From: a virus
Taxonomy: Duplodnaviria; Heunggongvirae; Uroviricota; Caudoviricetes
DNA length: 64,000 bases
IMG/VR virus record: IMGVR_UViG_3300028559_000023
Location: 12,922-76,921 of that record
Reading direction: 5' to 3' (one strand)
Made by a program: the position numbers and the translations under genes. Below the pieces are notes generated by a model. It did not search any database and had not been told where the DNA came from. It saw only the letters and a program-made list of their open reading frames with translations. Shown piece after piece: positions 46,031 to 54,263 of this stretch. Numbering within the stretch: position 1 is the first letter of the stretch; the number at the start of each line of letters is the position of its first letter.

Positions 46031-46252
46031 ATGCAAAGACACTACTCAGCTATTGTTACCAATGAGTTACTCTGGTATAACGGGTTATCACCGCAACAGC
46101 AAGAATTTATTGATAACCTTAAGTTGGATATCCGAGATGCTTTTGTACAACGTGATGAAATAAGGACACGCAATGGATGGCCCGAAACCAAGTTTGGAAA
46201 CGACGAACAACTGTCTACGGCTCGAATGCTGGGGAATCGTTCCAAACGGTGA
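46031..46252 (+). CDS. hypothetical protein
   Basis: ATG directly after the hairpin. 73 aa. Confidence 0.4.
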   Translation: MQRHYSAIVTNELLWYNGLSPQQQEFIDNLKLDIRDAFVQRDEIRTRNGWPETKFGNDEQLSTARMLGNRSKR

Positions 46253-46538
46253 TGTCTACACAGCCCCTGAAAGGCAAAGTTTCTCACTAAAAGGATTTGT
46301 ATTCAACCACCCTAATTTCGAAGATGGCTCTGACATAACCACTTCCCCTATTACTTCTGTCACTTCACAGCTAGGCGATGCCGTTTTAGTCAGGCTAGAA
46401 GGTCCTGCGTATGCAATAGAAGTGTTCGTGCACACAACATCGGGTTCAAAGTACATGCTTGGCGACCCAGACCCAAACTACGAAAAGTTGTATCCCAACG
46501 CTAAGGAAAGGATTCTTAAAAATGGGCTCAAGTCATGA
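46173..46538 (+). CDS. hypothetical protein
   Basis: ATG with AAGGA 6 nt upstream. 121 aa. Overlaps the upstream ORF by 80 nt. Confidence 0.5.
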   Translation: MDGPKPSLETTNNCLRLECWGIVPNGDVYTAPERQSFSLKGFVFNHPNFEDGSDITTSPITSVTSQLGDAVLVRLEGPAYAIEVFVHTTSGSKYMLGDPDPNYEKLYPNAKERILKNGLKS

Positions 46539-46894
46539 CAGCCGTTACTGGGTATGCAAAAAATTGCTTTGTGCAGCTTGACTGGGAAACAGATGATATT
46601 GACAAACATCGATGCTCAAAACAAAACGAAGTCATCGATATGCCCGTCAAACGATATGTAAACAGAAAAGACATTTGCCTTGGTTGGGCTAGGGTAAAGC
46701 GTCAAGACTGGCTCATAATGAAACGCGGAGAAACGACTTTTCGCGTGCTACGCGCGGGCTTGCCACAGTATATCTTTGAGCACATTGATAGAGAACAGTT
46801 CAAAGAAGAATTTGGAATAAGCGCTGCTGATTACCAGGCCAGCTACTACCTCTTGCAGCATCTTATAAAGAACGCCGAACGTGTCGACATCTGA
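46535..46894 (+). CDS. hypothetical protein
   Basis: ATGA overlap with the upstream gene. 119 aa. Confidence 0.5.
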   Translation: MTAVTGYAKNCFVQLDWETDDIDKHRCSKQNEVIDMPVKRYVNRKDICLGWARVKRQDWLIMKRGETTFRVLRAGLPQYIFEHIDREQFKEEFGISAADYQASYYLLQHLIKNAERVDI

Positions 46895-47063
46895 CGCTTA
46901 TCAAGAATTAAAACGGCTTTCATACCCACACTACAGGCTAGCAATCGAACGCGCATTCGTAATCACTAGTCATGTCAAAGATATCGATCTTTCGGTGGCT
47001 GCTAAAATAGAGCGGTCTGTCGTAGGTCTTGTATTGGAGTTGGTTAATGAAACTAAGCAATGA
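46881..47063 (+). CDS. hypothetical protein
   Basis: 60-aa ORF overlapping its neighbours. Confidence 0.35.
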   Translation: MSTSDAYQELKRLSYPHYRLAIERAFVITSHVKDIDLSVAAKIERSVVGLVLELVNETKQ

Positions 47064-47343
47064 ATTTCTAGCCGCTTTAGATCATTTCTCCGTAGTGCGT
47101 ATTGGCAGAAGCCCTGCAAGATACGTCGAGCCCACGATCTTCATAACTCGTAATGACCAAGGCTTTGAGCAGGGCTGGACGGTTGAGCGAGTTTGCAGCG
47201 TGGCTTACCACGTGCTCTCGACTGAACAAATCCACATGTTAAAGCTAAAAACGCTAGCCGAGGGTTTGAAGAAACACGGTATGGAAGGCTTGTATGAGCG
47301 TATCATGCATGAGCCGATTTCTCAAGCAGTTATCAGAGAATGA
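47047..47343 (+). CDS. hypothetical protein
   Basis: ATG at 47047 with GGAG 7 nt upstream; the track starts at a TTG at 47029. 98 aa. Confidence 0.45.
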   Translation: MKLSNEFLAALDHFSVVRIGRSPARYVEPTIFITRNDQGFEQGWTVERVCSVAYHVLSTEQIHMLKLKTLAEGLKKHGMEGLYERIMHEPISQAVIRE

Positions 47344-47696
47344 GTCAGCCCAACTTTGGAAAGTTGTACACTGAAAAGTGGCCATACCGAGAAGACGCAG
47401 GTGTAGGGCTATCTTTCAGAGGTCTACCGACCAGTCTAGAAGATTTTCAAAGCGTACTAATGGACTTCAGCTGCCACCCAGTAGCTGCGGAAAGAATCTT
47501 CAATCGCATTAGAGAAAATGGTGAGACAAAGACGACTGTGGTTGCTTTTCTGGATTTTGAAAAGCTATCCAGTATGCTTGCAGAGCTCGGAGTCTCTTTA
47601 TCTATTGTACCACCAATCGACAACCCCGTGTCTTATGAATATGATACTCCCTTTCCATCTTCTTTCATCCCGCCTCATTTGAGAAAGCCGTCTTAG
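47340..47696 (+). CDS. hypothetical protein
   Basis: ATGA overlap with the upstream gene. 118 aa. The stop codon lies inside the 5' end of tRNA-Thr. Confidence 0.5.
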   Translation: MSQPNFGKLYTEKWPYREDAGVGLSFRGLPTSLEDFQSVLMDFSCHPVAAERIFNRIRENGETKTTVVAFLDFEKLSSMLAELGVSLSIVPPIDNPVSYEYDTPFPSSFIPPHLRKPS

Positions 47697-47762
47697 CTCC
47701 AGCGGTAGAGCAATCGCCTTGTAAGCGAGAGGTCGTCGGTTCGAATCCGACAGACGGCACCA
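47687..47762 (+). tRNA. tRNA-Thr (anticodon TGT), CCA encoded
   Basis: Acceptor GCCGTCT/AGACGGC. D-arm GCTC-CAGCGGTA-GAGC. Anticodon loop CTTGTAA. T-arm GTCGG-TTCGAAT-CCGAC. Ends A + CCA. Confidence 0.7.
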
Positions 47763-48028
47763 AATATGTTTAAACCAAAGATCAGGTTTGTTCGCACAAT
47801 CAAGAGTTGGCGTTGCCTATCCTATCAAAACGGTGTTGTGGCGTTTGGCAGGTCGCCTAAGGCAGCCTATGATGAGTGGTTTAGATTAACAGTGTTTTGG
47901 GAGATTAGCCATTCACTTTCACACGATACTACTGATCAATAACATTCGAGTAGGAGTAATTGACCTTTTCACTTGTGAGCTAGCTGTAAGACAAAAGTAC
48001 GGCAGCTTGCTCCAATCAACAACACTTT

Positions 48029-48283
48029 ATGTACCACACTCTGCGACGAAATTCCGATGAAACAGTTGATGTACTTGAGTGGTCCGAGTACACGTCCGGT
48101 GTCCTGGAAGGACAGCCTAAAAAGACGTACAAAGGTACATTCAGCACGGTCGAGGAAGCTCAAAAAGAGTATCCGGGAGCGACTCAGTTTTCAAGTATAT
48201 GGACCGAACCGATGGTTTCATTAAACCATCTGCCTGACGAGAACGACCCTGTCCCTGGTGGCATGTACCCAGACGATATATGA
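48029..48283 (+). CDS. hypothetical protein
   Basis: 84-aa ORF. First gene after a 266-nt non-coding stretch. Confidence 0.5.
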   Translation: MYHTLRRNSDETVDVLEWSEYTSGVLEGQPKKTYKGTFSTVEEAQKEYPGATQFSSIWTEPMVSLNHLPDENDPVPGGMYPDDI

Positions 48284-48531
48284 AATCATTATCGACCTTC
48301 TTTATACAAAACAGCGACGGTGAAGGACTGCACTACATACAAGGCAGTCTGTACTGGCGTAAGCCGGACACTGTTGAGAATGTAACCAACTTCACACCTT
48401 TCGACACTCCTGACGAGGCTGCTAACTTCGCAATAGAACGTCGAATACCAGGCAAGCTTTTTGTTGGCCAGATCGTCTACTCTTTATTTGAACTGAGCCC
48501 GATAAATGAAACCGCTATTTCGAAGGGGTGA
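48280..48531 (+). CDS. hypothetical protein
   Basis: ATGA overlap with the upstream gene. 83 aa. Confidence 0.5.
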   Translation: MKSLSTFFIQNSDGEGLHYIQGSLYWRKPDTVENVTNFTPFDTPDEAANFAIERRIPGKLFVGQIVYSLFELSPINETAISKG

Positions 48532-48934
48532 GCTAGACCTCAACCACACACGCGTTGGACAACTTGTAACTCGTTTACAGAACTCACCAAACTATTACTA
48601 CGTGTTACTCGGAGCGAGCCTTGTAAAGCGACCTGACTCTTCGCTGATCTTTGAAAATATGGTCAATTTAGACTACTTGCGTTTTGCGGTTGGTGGCGCC
48701 AAGAAGCTTCGCGATACCAAACCCGTAGTCACTTCTGGCTCTTATGTTTGGTTGCGTAGTTTACGTCCACTAAGTGATGAAAGCAAAGTTGCTTGGGAAA
48801 TGGCACGCCTAGCGGTAATAGAAGCGTATACGCGTAAGCTGTACAATGAGCCTATACTTTGGATGGCTCGTGAAAACATCAACAATGTTCTAAACTATTG
48901 GAGCGATAATGTCCCTCGTCCGCGCACTATCTAA
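48506..48934 (+). CDS. hypothetical protein
   Basis: 142-aa ORF. Confidence 0.5.
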   Translation: MKPLFRRGELDLNHTRVGQLVTRLQNSPNYYYVLLGASLVKRPDSSLIFENMVNLDYLRFAVGGAKKLRDTKPVVTSGSYVWLRSLRPLSDESKVAWEMARLAVIEAYTRKLYNEPILWMARENINNVLNYWSDNVPRPRTI

Positions 48935-49142
48935 TCTTCGTGTTCAGCAAGCTTTTGCTAAGGAAGCTGCACGAATCACCACAGTCTTTCTTGACCAGGT
49001 TGAGAAGGGTGACTTTGCTGACGTAACCGTTGTTCAATTACCCGAGGTGCTCGACATCGTTCAGCAGTGGGCTATTGGTAACGGTTATAAAGTTTCCGCA
49101 CATAAGACTGATCCGACGGTAATCACTGTGAGTTTGCCATGA
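48909..49142 (+). CDS. hypothetical protein
   Basis: 77-aa ORF. Confidence 0.45.
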   Translation: MSLVRALSNLRVQQAFAKEAARITTVFLDQVEKGDFADVTVVQLPEVLDIVQQWAIGNGYKVSAHKTDPTVITVSLP

Positions 49143-49411
49143 ATCTGCCAGAAATTTGTAGATTGCTACCGAGAGGTTTTGAGTGGAACCAGCCGTGCAC
49201 GCCGCAACTTTTGAAAGAGATTTTGTGCAACTATCTGTTGGCCCAACAAACCTCTTTTAAATGGATGCCATCGCCGGCTAAGACAGAATATGGGGCAGGT
49301 GTTCTGGAGCTTCTCGTTGCTGTCAACAAAGACGAGACTATGCGGATTTACGTTCACGCCGAAGCAGTGCTTGAAGCTGAAAAAATGCTTAAAGAAGGTT
49401 TAAAACCCTAA
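49139..49411 (+). CDS. hypothetical protein
   Basis: ATGA overlap with the upstream gene. 90 aa. Confidence 0.5.
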   Translation: MNLPEICRLLPRGFEWNQPCTPQLLKEILCNYLLAQQTSFKWMPSPAKTEYGAGVLELLVAVNKDETMRIYVHAEAVLEAEKMLKEGLKP

Positions 49412-49416
49412 CACAA

Positions 49417-49493
49417 CCGACCATAGCTCAGCTGGATAGAGCAGCGGACTTCTAATCCGCAGGTCAGAGGTTCGAATCCTCTTGGTCGGACCA
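49417..49493 (+). tRNA. tRNA-Arg (anticodon TCT), CCA encoded
   Basis: Acceptor CCGACCA/TGGTCGG. D-arm GCTC-AGCTGGATA-GAGC. Anticodon stem GCGGA/TCCGC with loop CTTCTAA. T-arm AGAGG-TTCGAAT-CCTCT. Ends A + CCA. Confidence 0.8.
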
Positions 49494-49499
49494 ACCATC

Positions 49500-49649
49500 A
49501 TGATGCCTAAATATGCTATCTGCCCAGGTTATGTTAGAAGTGAAACAGACGGACAGCTTCACTACATAGACGCTGTAGCACTTATGAGACTCTACAAAGT
49601 GGCTCCCACTGACTGTGTCATAATCTCCAGCAAACAAGTACAGACGTGA
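49500..49649 (+). CDS. small hypothetical protein (49 aa)
   Basis: ATGATG starts 7 nt after the tRNA. Product MMPKYAICPGYVRSETDGQLHYIDAVALMRLYKVAPTDCVIISSKQVQT. Not in the track. Confidence 0.35.
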   Translation: MMPKYAICPGYVRSETDGQLHYIDAVALMRLYKVAPTDCVIISSKQVQT

Positions 49650-49706
49650 TCCGAGCGAGAACCAACAACGCCACCATCTTCCTACACCCAGACCCTAAAG
49701 GCAAAT

Positions 49707-50252
49707 ATGAAAGACCTTCTTGAAACAGCTATCTCTGTCACAGCTGCAATAGCACGAGGAAAGGCTGATAAGTTGGGGAAACCTTGGATCATGCACTCTA
49801 TGCGCGTGATGTCCAACCTCAGCTTGAAGACTTCAGACCCCATCATCCTATCAGCAGGGTGCATGCACGATCTTGTAGAAGATTTCCCAGAAGCAATATC
49901 CTTCAAGGCGCTGCTTGACATGGGCTTTCCGGTACGGTTAATAAATGTCTTGTGGCACTTGACGCACCATGACGGCTATAGCTATCCTCGATACATTGAA
50001 CAAGTGGTATCTGACAAGATTGCGTGTTTTGTCAAAGAAGAGGATGTGCGCGAAAACATGCGTCGCATGGTAGACTACCAAACAACGGAACCTGCAACTT
50101 ATGACCGACTCAAAGCCAAGTATGAAAAAGCGTTTCGCTTGTTGGTGGTCCTCAACGATTCAACAAGTTATGACGAGGCTTGCAGAGACTCTTTTGAGTT
50201 CATCTACGAGCTTCCGTTTAGTCTCCGACGACCTCCAGCGTTTAAAGCATAG
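49707..50252 (+). CDS. HD-domain small alarmone hydrolase ((p)ppGpp hydrolase-like, SpoT/Mesh1 type)
   Basis: GKPWIMHSMRV and SAGCMHDLVEDF match the SpoT/RelA hydrolase HD motifs (GEPYI.HP..VA and AALLHDVVEDT). 181 aa, about the size of Mesh1. Confidence 0.6.
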   Translation: MKDLLETAISVTAAIARGKADKLGKPWIMHSMRVMSNLSLKTSDPIILSAGCMHDLVEDFPEAISFKALLDMGFPVRLINVLWHLTHHDGYSYPRYIEQVVSDKIACFVKEEDVRENMRRMVDYQTTEPATYDRLKAKYEKAFRLLVVLNDSTSYDEACRDSFEFIYELPFSLRRPPAFKA

Positions 50253-50489
50253 GGCTGAGGCTACAGAGATATTCCTCCGGGAACATTTCTCCCACCATGT
50301 TGATTTAAGTCCCAATGGAGATAACCTCGTCTTGGTTGTTGGGCATGCAAAGGGTACCGATTACGTAACAACGTACCGGATGGACGCTACTGATTTCTTG
50401 TCAGTCGTTGACCTTTTGAGAAGGCTTGGGCGTCATAGTCGACGAGGTATTGTAGACACACCACCACATTGGCGAGGTAAGTTTCATTT

Positions 50490-50894
50490 ATGAACTCAAT
50501 TGCACTAGTTGCTTTCGAGTCTCGTTACCCTAGTTTTATCTTTGTTAAGGATCCATCACTTCGGGGAAGATACCTTCGAACAGATAGATCAGTGATCCGC
50601 GCAGCGTGCAGTCTGTGTGGAGCATTCATAGGCGAACCTTGTTTTTCAAAGCGAGAAGGCTTTAAAGTGTACCACGCAACAACGCATTATGTACGTCGTA
50701 ATCTTGCCAAGCGCACAGATGATCCAGGTCTGTTGTCCGAAACAGAATTCTTAGACGGCCTTGCCGACAGGAAAGAAATAATCGATGTGGTCGGTGAAAT
50801 CAGAGCTACAAGCATCGCTCAATGCATCCAGGAGAGTTTCAAAGTGTACAACGGGTCACCGTCTCAAATCTTTGAACGGTACTCCGAAGGTTGA
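50490..50894 (+). CDS. hypothetical protein
   Basis: 134-aa ORF. Carries a Cys cluster (CSLCGAFIGEPC). Confidence 0.5.
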   Translation: MNSIALVAFESRYPSFIFVKDPSLRGRYLRTDRSVIRAACSLCGAFIGEPCFSKREGFKVYHATTHYVRRNLAKRTDDPGLLSETEFLDGLADRKEIIDVVGEIRATSIAQCIQESFKVYNGSPSQIFERYSEG

Positions 50895-50908
50895 ATCAGC
50901 GCTGCGAA

Positions 50909-51312
50909 GGGTGGCGGCAGCCGCTTTGTTGGTAGAGGCGCCGTCGTCAGTTACAACAGGTGTTGCGCTAGGGTGGGACATTGCTGTTGCTAGAGAAGCC
51001 ATCGAGATGGGGATCCCACACCGAGCTGCTATACCTTTCGCGAAGCAGCATGAATTGTGGAGTGATGCTCAAAAGAAAGAGTACGAGTGGGTCCTGTCTA
51101 ACTCTGAGGTGGTTTATACTTCAAATGAAATAAGTTACGCAAAAGAACTAATGTTGTCCAGAAATGTTTGGATGGTTGACAATACGTCGGCCATCTTTGC
51201 TTTCTACAACTACAAAATTGTTAGCGGAACTGCGCATTGCGTAAAGTATGCCAGGTCTAAAGGTAAAGCCATCAACAACTACTGGGATTTATGGCAACGA
51301 ATCATTCTCTAG
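50909..51312 (+). CDS. DprA/Smf-like Rossmann-fold (SLOG) protein
   Basis: The frame is open from 50785, with no in-frame ATG before 51004; GTG 50909 and ATG 51004 are both candidate starts. TGVALGWDIAVAREAIEMGIPHRAAIPF resembles the DprA motif SGlAxGiDaaAHrgALeaGgpTiAV. The C-terminal IVSGTAHCVKYARSKGKAI resembles the DprA segment SGSLiTA..A...GR.V. Confidence 0.4.
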
Positions 51313-51548
51313 GTCTTCGCAAGTTTCCTGATGTACACACTACGTCAGTGAACCGTATTTGTTTTTCCGTACGAGACGAGTACAATCGTCAAGAAATTTG
51401 TAGAATCTTCTGTGACTCCCCCGAAGAAGCAATTCAAATTGCAAAAGCGAAGAAGATGTCTATTGCGCCTATCATTGATCTTATGGCTAGTAGACAGACG
51501 CGGGATTTATTGGCTAAACTCAAAAGCGAAAGCCTGAGGCAACAATGA
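51291..51548 (+). CDS. hypothetical protein
   Basis: 85-aa ORF. Confidence 0.45.
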   Translation: MATNHSLGLRKFPDVHTTSVNRICFSVRDEYNRQEICRIFCDSPEEAIQIAKAKKMSIAPIIDLMASRQTRDLLAKLKSESLRQQ

Positions 51549-52213
51549 TGAAATGGTCAGCGGCTCTGTTGGTTAAACTTTCAGCAGCGCAATTGAACTA
51601 TCACTATCGACATTACGGGAAGAAGCGAACAACTTGGGTTCCAACGGAGTCCCAAATAAAAGGCAATACGTATGCTGCGTCTGAGAAGCTAGGTCCCTTT
51701 CTTGAAATGGTCAGCTCAGTGGCCTATAGGGATCATGAGATCTTCTATTCGTTTGATGAGATTTTCAAGCCGGGCTCTGTGACGTACTTTATCGAGCGTA
51801 AACAACCGCCCAAAGACGACAGCAAGCTTGAGGCCTACATGCTTAAAGCAGTTTCTCAAGTGGCGCTCTATAGAGCTCTCTTCTGTATACCTGGTTTGAA
51901 CGAATTTCAGACCGCCAGGTTTGCTGTTAAAGCTGGCTCGCCATCTTACAAGTTCGCAATCGAACACGACGCTATGCGTGTTAAGTTCGCTCTGCAATTC
52001 AATGACCACTATTACGAGATCTCTGATACAGATAACGCAAGTGTTCTCAAGTACTACATGACAAAGTTACGTGCAGCGTCAGACTACAATAGAGCTCGTG
52101 AGTTTGATGCAGCGCTGGGCTCTAAGATCGAAGATCACTTAGGTAATTGGAATTACGCAACATGTCGACAACTTCAAGCAGCATCAAAGAGCCTTCATAC
52201 CTCGAAGGCTTGA
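51545..52213 (+). CDS. PD-(D/E)XK nuclease of the RecB / lambda-Exo / YqaJ family
   Basis: ATGA overlap with the upstream gene. Motif II D in YSFDEIF. Motif III E-x-K in TYFIERK. QxxxY in SQVALYRAL. Confidence 0.55.
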   Translation: MMKWSAALLVKLSAAQLNYHYRHYGKKRTTWVPTESQIKGNTYAASEKLGPFLEMVSSVAYRDHEIFYSFDEIFKPGSVTYFIERKQPPKDDSKLEAYMLKAVSQVALYRALFCIPGLNEFQTARFAVKAGSPSYKFAIEHDAMRVKFALQFNDHYYEISDTDNASVLKYYMTKLRAASDYNRAREFDAALGSKIEDHLGNWNYATCRQLQAASKSLHTSKA

Positions 52214-52386
52214 CTCAACGCGAGCGCAACACTACGCCTCACCGGCAAATGATCAACTCTTGGACAGGCCCTTTTCATGAGGGTGTTGGAGCATTCTTTG
52301 AGTACAACGACGGCGGAATTGAAGTCTTTTCGGGCAGGCAATGGTTCACGCATAGGCCTGCAAACAGTGTTAGCAGCAAAACTTAA
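52162..52386 (+). CDS. hypothetical protein (uncertain)
   Basis: ATG at 52162 inside track ORF 52147 (which has a TTG start). Overlaps the nuclease gene by 52 nt. Weak RBS. Confidence 0.25.
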   Translation: MSTTSSSIKEPSYLEGLTQRERNTTPHRQMINSWTGPFHEGVGAFFEYNDGGIEVFSGRQWFTHRPANSVSSKT

Positions 52387-52405
52387 CGTAGGTAGAAGTA
52401 TCTTC

Positions 52406-52786
52406 ATGGATACCGTAATCATGGATGAAACCCCGAAGCCTGTATTGGCTCTTGATTGGGACGGGACTGTCACTGAGAGTGTGGGTCAGTGGTTCACAGC
52501 AGCAGTTATGCTGGCGAAGATCTATAAGATCTACATTGTCACGATGCGGTATCCCAGCGAGATCGATCAAGTTATGCAGGGATTTGCTCAGGGCATATCT
52601 GCTGAAATTATCGCTACTGGCCGCAAGGCTAAGATGACGTATACTAAGCAGCTAGGCATCGAGGTAAATGTGTGGATTGATGACAACCCAAAAGCTGTAC
52701 TGATGAACGCTTTGGAAGCATTCGGAGGTGACACACCTGAAGGGCACGTTGTTACTCAAAACTTCTCTGAGAGTCTTCACGGATGA
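52406..52786 (+). CDS. HAD-superfamily phosphatase (5'-nucleotidase / polynucleotide-phosphatase-like)
   Basis: HAD motif I in VLALDWDGTVTES. Motif IV in VWIDDNP. The start is uncertain (ATG 52406 or 52421; track ORF from 52277). Confidence 0.5.
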   Translation: MDTVIMDETPKPVLALDWDGTVTESVGQWFTAAVMLAKIYKIYIVTMRYPSEIDQVMQGFAQGISAEIIATGRKAKMTYTKQLGIEVNVWIDDNPKAVLMNALEAFGGDTPEGHVVTQNFSESLHG

Positions 52787-53040
52787 TGTGGTCTGGGTAT
52801 CGAGTTGTTGTGTCGGAAGACTCACCAAAATACACACTCCCTGAGGAGTTGATACCTGGCGTACCCTGGCCTCCTGGCTTTCGTGATGAAATAAACACGT
52901 GGTCGAAGAGCTTCCTGGGCTACCACAACAACCTCAAGCCGGGGCAGTCTTACGTGATTGAAGATCACACTATCGTGGTTCACCCCACGGTCTACAAAAC
53001 TTTGAGAAAGTTCACAAATGAAAGCATGGCGTCGTCATAA
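52783..53040 (+). CDS. hypothetical protein
   Basis: ATGA overlap with the upstream gene. 85 aa. Confidence 0.45.
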   Translation: MMWSGYRVVVSEDSPKYTLPEELIPGVPWPPGFRDEINTWSKSFLGYHNNLKPGQSYVIEDHTIVVHPTVYKTLRKFTNESMASS

Positions 53041-53169
53041 CAGCAGTAAGTATGTTCGTCAAAACCCTGAGGGCCGTCGTATCAATAGATTTGAGCGACG
53101 TACCCACTTCAACACTGAGATGAAAAATCCCAGTCAACTCATTCTCAATCTTCTCAAGCGAGTCTAAAT

Positions 53170-53964
53170 ATGCGCACTTACATCAAGTGGTTCTCCATCG
53201 CAGTTCTTTCTATCTTCGCCGTTGTGGCGTTATTCAGCAGTTTCTTTGTAACGCAGCCTGGTACTGTCACACTGCTGACTCGCCTCGGTAGTGTCTCCGA
53301 GCGTGTTTATCAAGAGGGCCCTCATCTCAAGTTTCCATTTATTGAGAAGGCGAACGCGTTGATTGTGCAGCCCCGTACATATGACGCACAGAATGTTGAC
53401 GCCGGCACCAAGGACCTCCAAAGCGTCAATGTTAAGCTTGCAATCGTCTACAAAGTGGAAGAGACTGCAGCAATTGAAGTCTTCCGTAACTATCGAGACG
53501 TGGACACGCTGGCCTGGCGAATTCTGAACCCTGCTGTAGAAGAAGTTTTTAAGGCTGTTGCGGCTAACCACAGTGCCGAAGAGCTTATCACCAAGCGAAC
53601 TAGCGTTCGCGACAGCGTGGTCAAGAGCCTCCGGGCTAAGGTGAAAGATCACAACATCTCAATTCTTGATGTGAATGTGGTTAATTTCCGTTTTGCACCA
53701 TCCTTCGCAGCATCGGTTGACGAAAAGGTAGTTGCCGAACAACGTGCTCTTAAGGCCCGTCACGAGCTGGATCGGATCAAGACTGAAGGCGAGTCTCGTG
53801 TCGCTGCTGCTAACGCTGAGGCGGCTGCAACTCGTGTGATTGCTGAGGCTGTCAAAAGCCAAGGCGGTGCCGAATACGTTCAACTCAAGTGGATTGAGAA
53901 GTGGAATGGTGCATTGCCTACCCACAATCTCGGTAATTCACAAACCATGCTTGGGCTCAAGTAA
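53170..53964 (+). CDS. SPFH / band-7 (prohibitin-HflC-like) membrane protein
   Basis: N-terminal transmembrane segment. The SPFH core reads ...VTQPGTVTLLTRLGSVSERVYQEGPHLKFPFIEKANALIVQPRTYDAQNVDAGTKDLQSVNVKLAIVYKV... A C-terminal Ala/Glu-rich coiled coil follows. Confidence 0.7.
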   Translation: MRTYIKWFSIAVLSIFAVVALFSSFFVTQPGTVTLLTRLGSVSERVYQEGPHLKFPFIEKANALIVQPRTYDAQNVDAGTKDLQSVNVKLAIVYKVEETAAIEVFRNYRDVDTLAWRILNPAVEEVFKAVAANHSAEELITKRTSVRDSVVKSLRAKVKDHNISILDVNVVNFRFAPSFAASVDEKVVAEQRALKARHELDRIKTEGESRVAAANAEAAATRVIAEAVKSQGGAEYVQLKWIEKWNGALPTHNLGNSQTMLGLK

Positions 53965-54263
53965 TGAAGTCACTTCAAGTTATCAATCTCATGGGTCTGG
54001 GGATCATATCCCCGGATGAGGCTGATGAGTATTCAGAGCTTAAGGTTCTCAAAACTCCTGCTGGTTACTACCTTGGAACCACTTGCGGCTTTGAACCAGG
54101 GTCGCGGGATACGGGTTACTTCACAGAAGAGGCTCATGCCAAATCTGCATTGGAACTGCTTGAGACTCTGTTCTTGAGTCATGGAGCAAACTGTATTCTT
54201 CCCTGGGAGCTCGCTATCGCAAAGACTTACGGTCGCGACATCCCCTATAGGATCAACCCCTAA
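53964..54263 (+). CDS. hypothetical protein
   Basis: ATGA overlap with the SPFH gene. 99 aa. Confidence 0.45.
   Translation: MKSLQVINLMGLGIISPDEADEYSELKVLKTPAGYYLGTTCGFEPGSRDTGYFTEEAHAKSALELLETLFLSHGANCILPWELAIAKTYGRDIPYRINP

Noticed and set aside
47763-48028. Possible additional tRNA or structured RNA in the 266-nt non-coding stretch after tRNA-Thr
   Set aside because: No acceptor/T-arm pairing or GTTCRANYC box could be folded by hand. Only short local stems were found.
50101-50493. 130-aa ORF overlapping the 3' third of the HD hydrolase gene
   Set aside because: The only ATG starts (50101, 50170) lie deep inside the HD gene in another frame. A small genuine gene in 50253-50489 cannot be excluded, but no start with an RBS was found.
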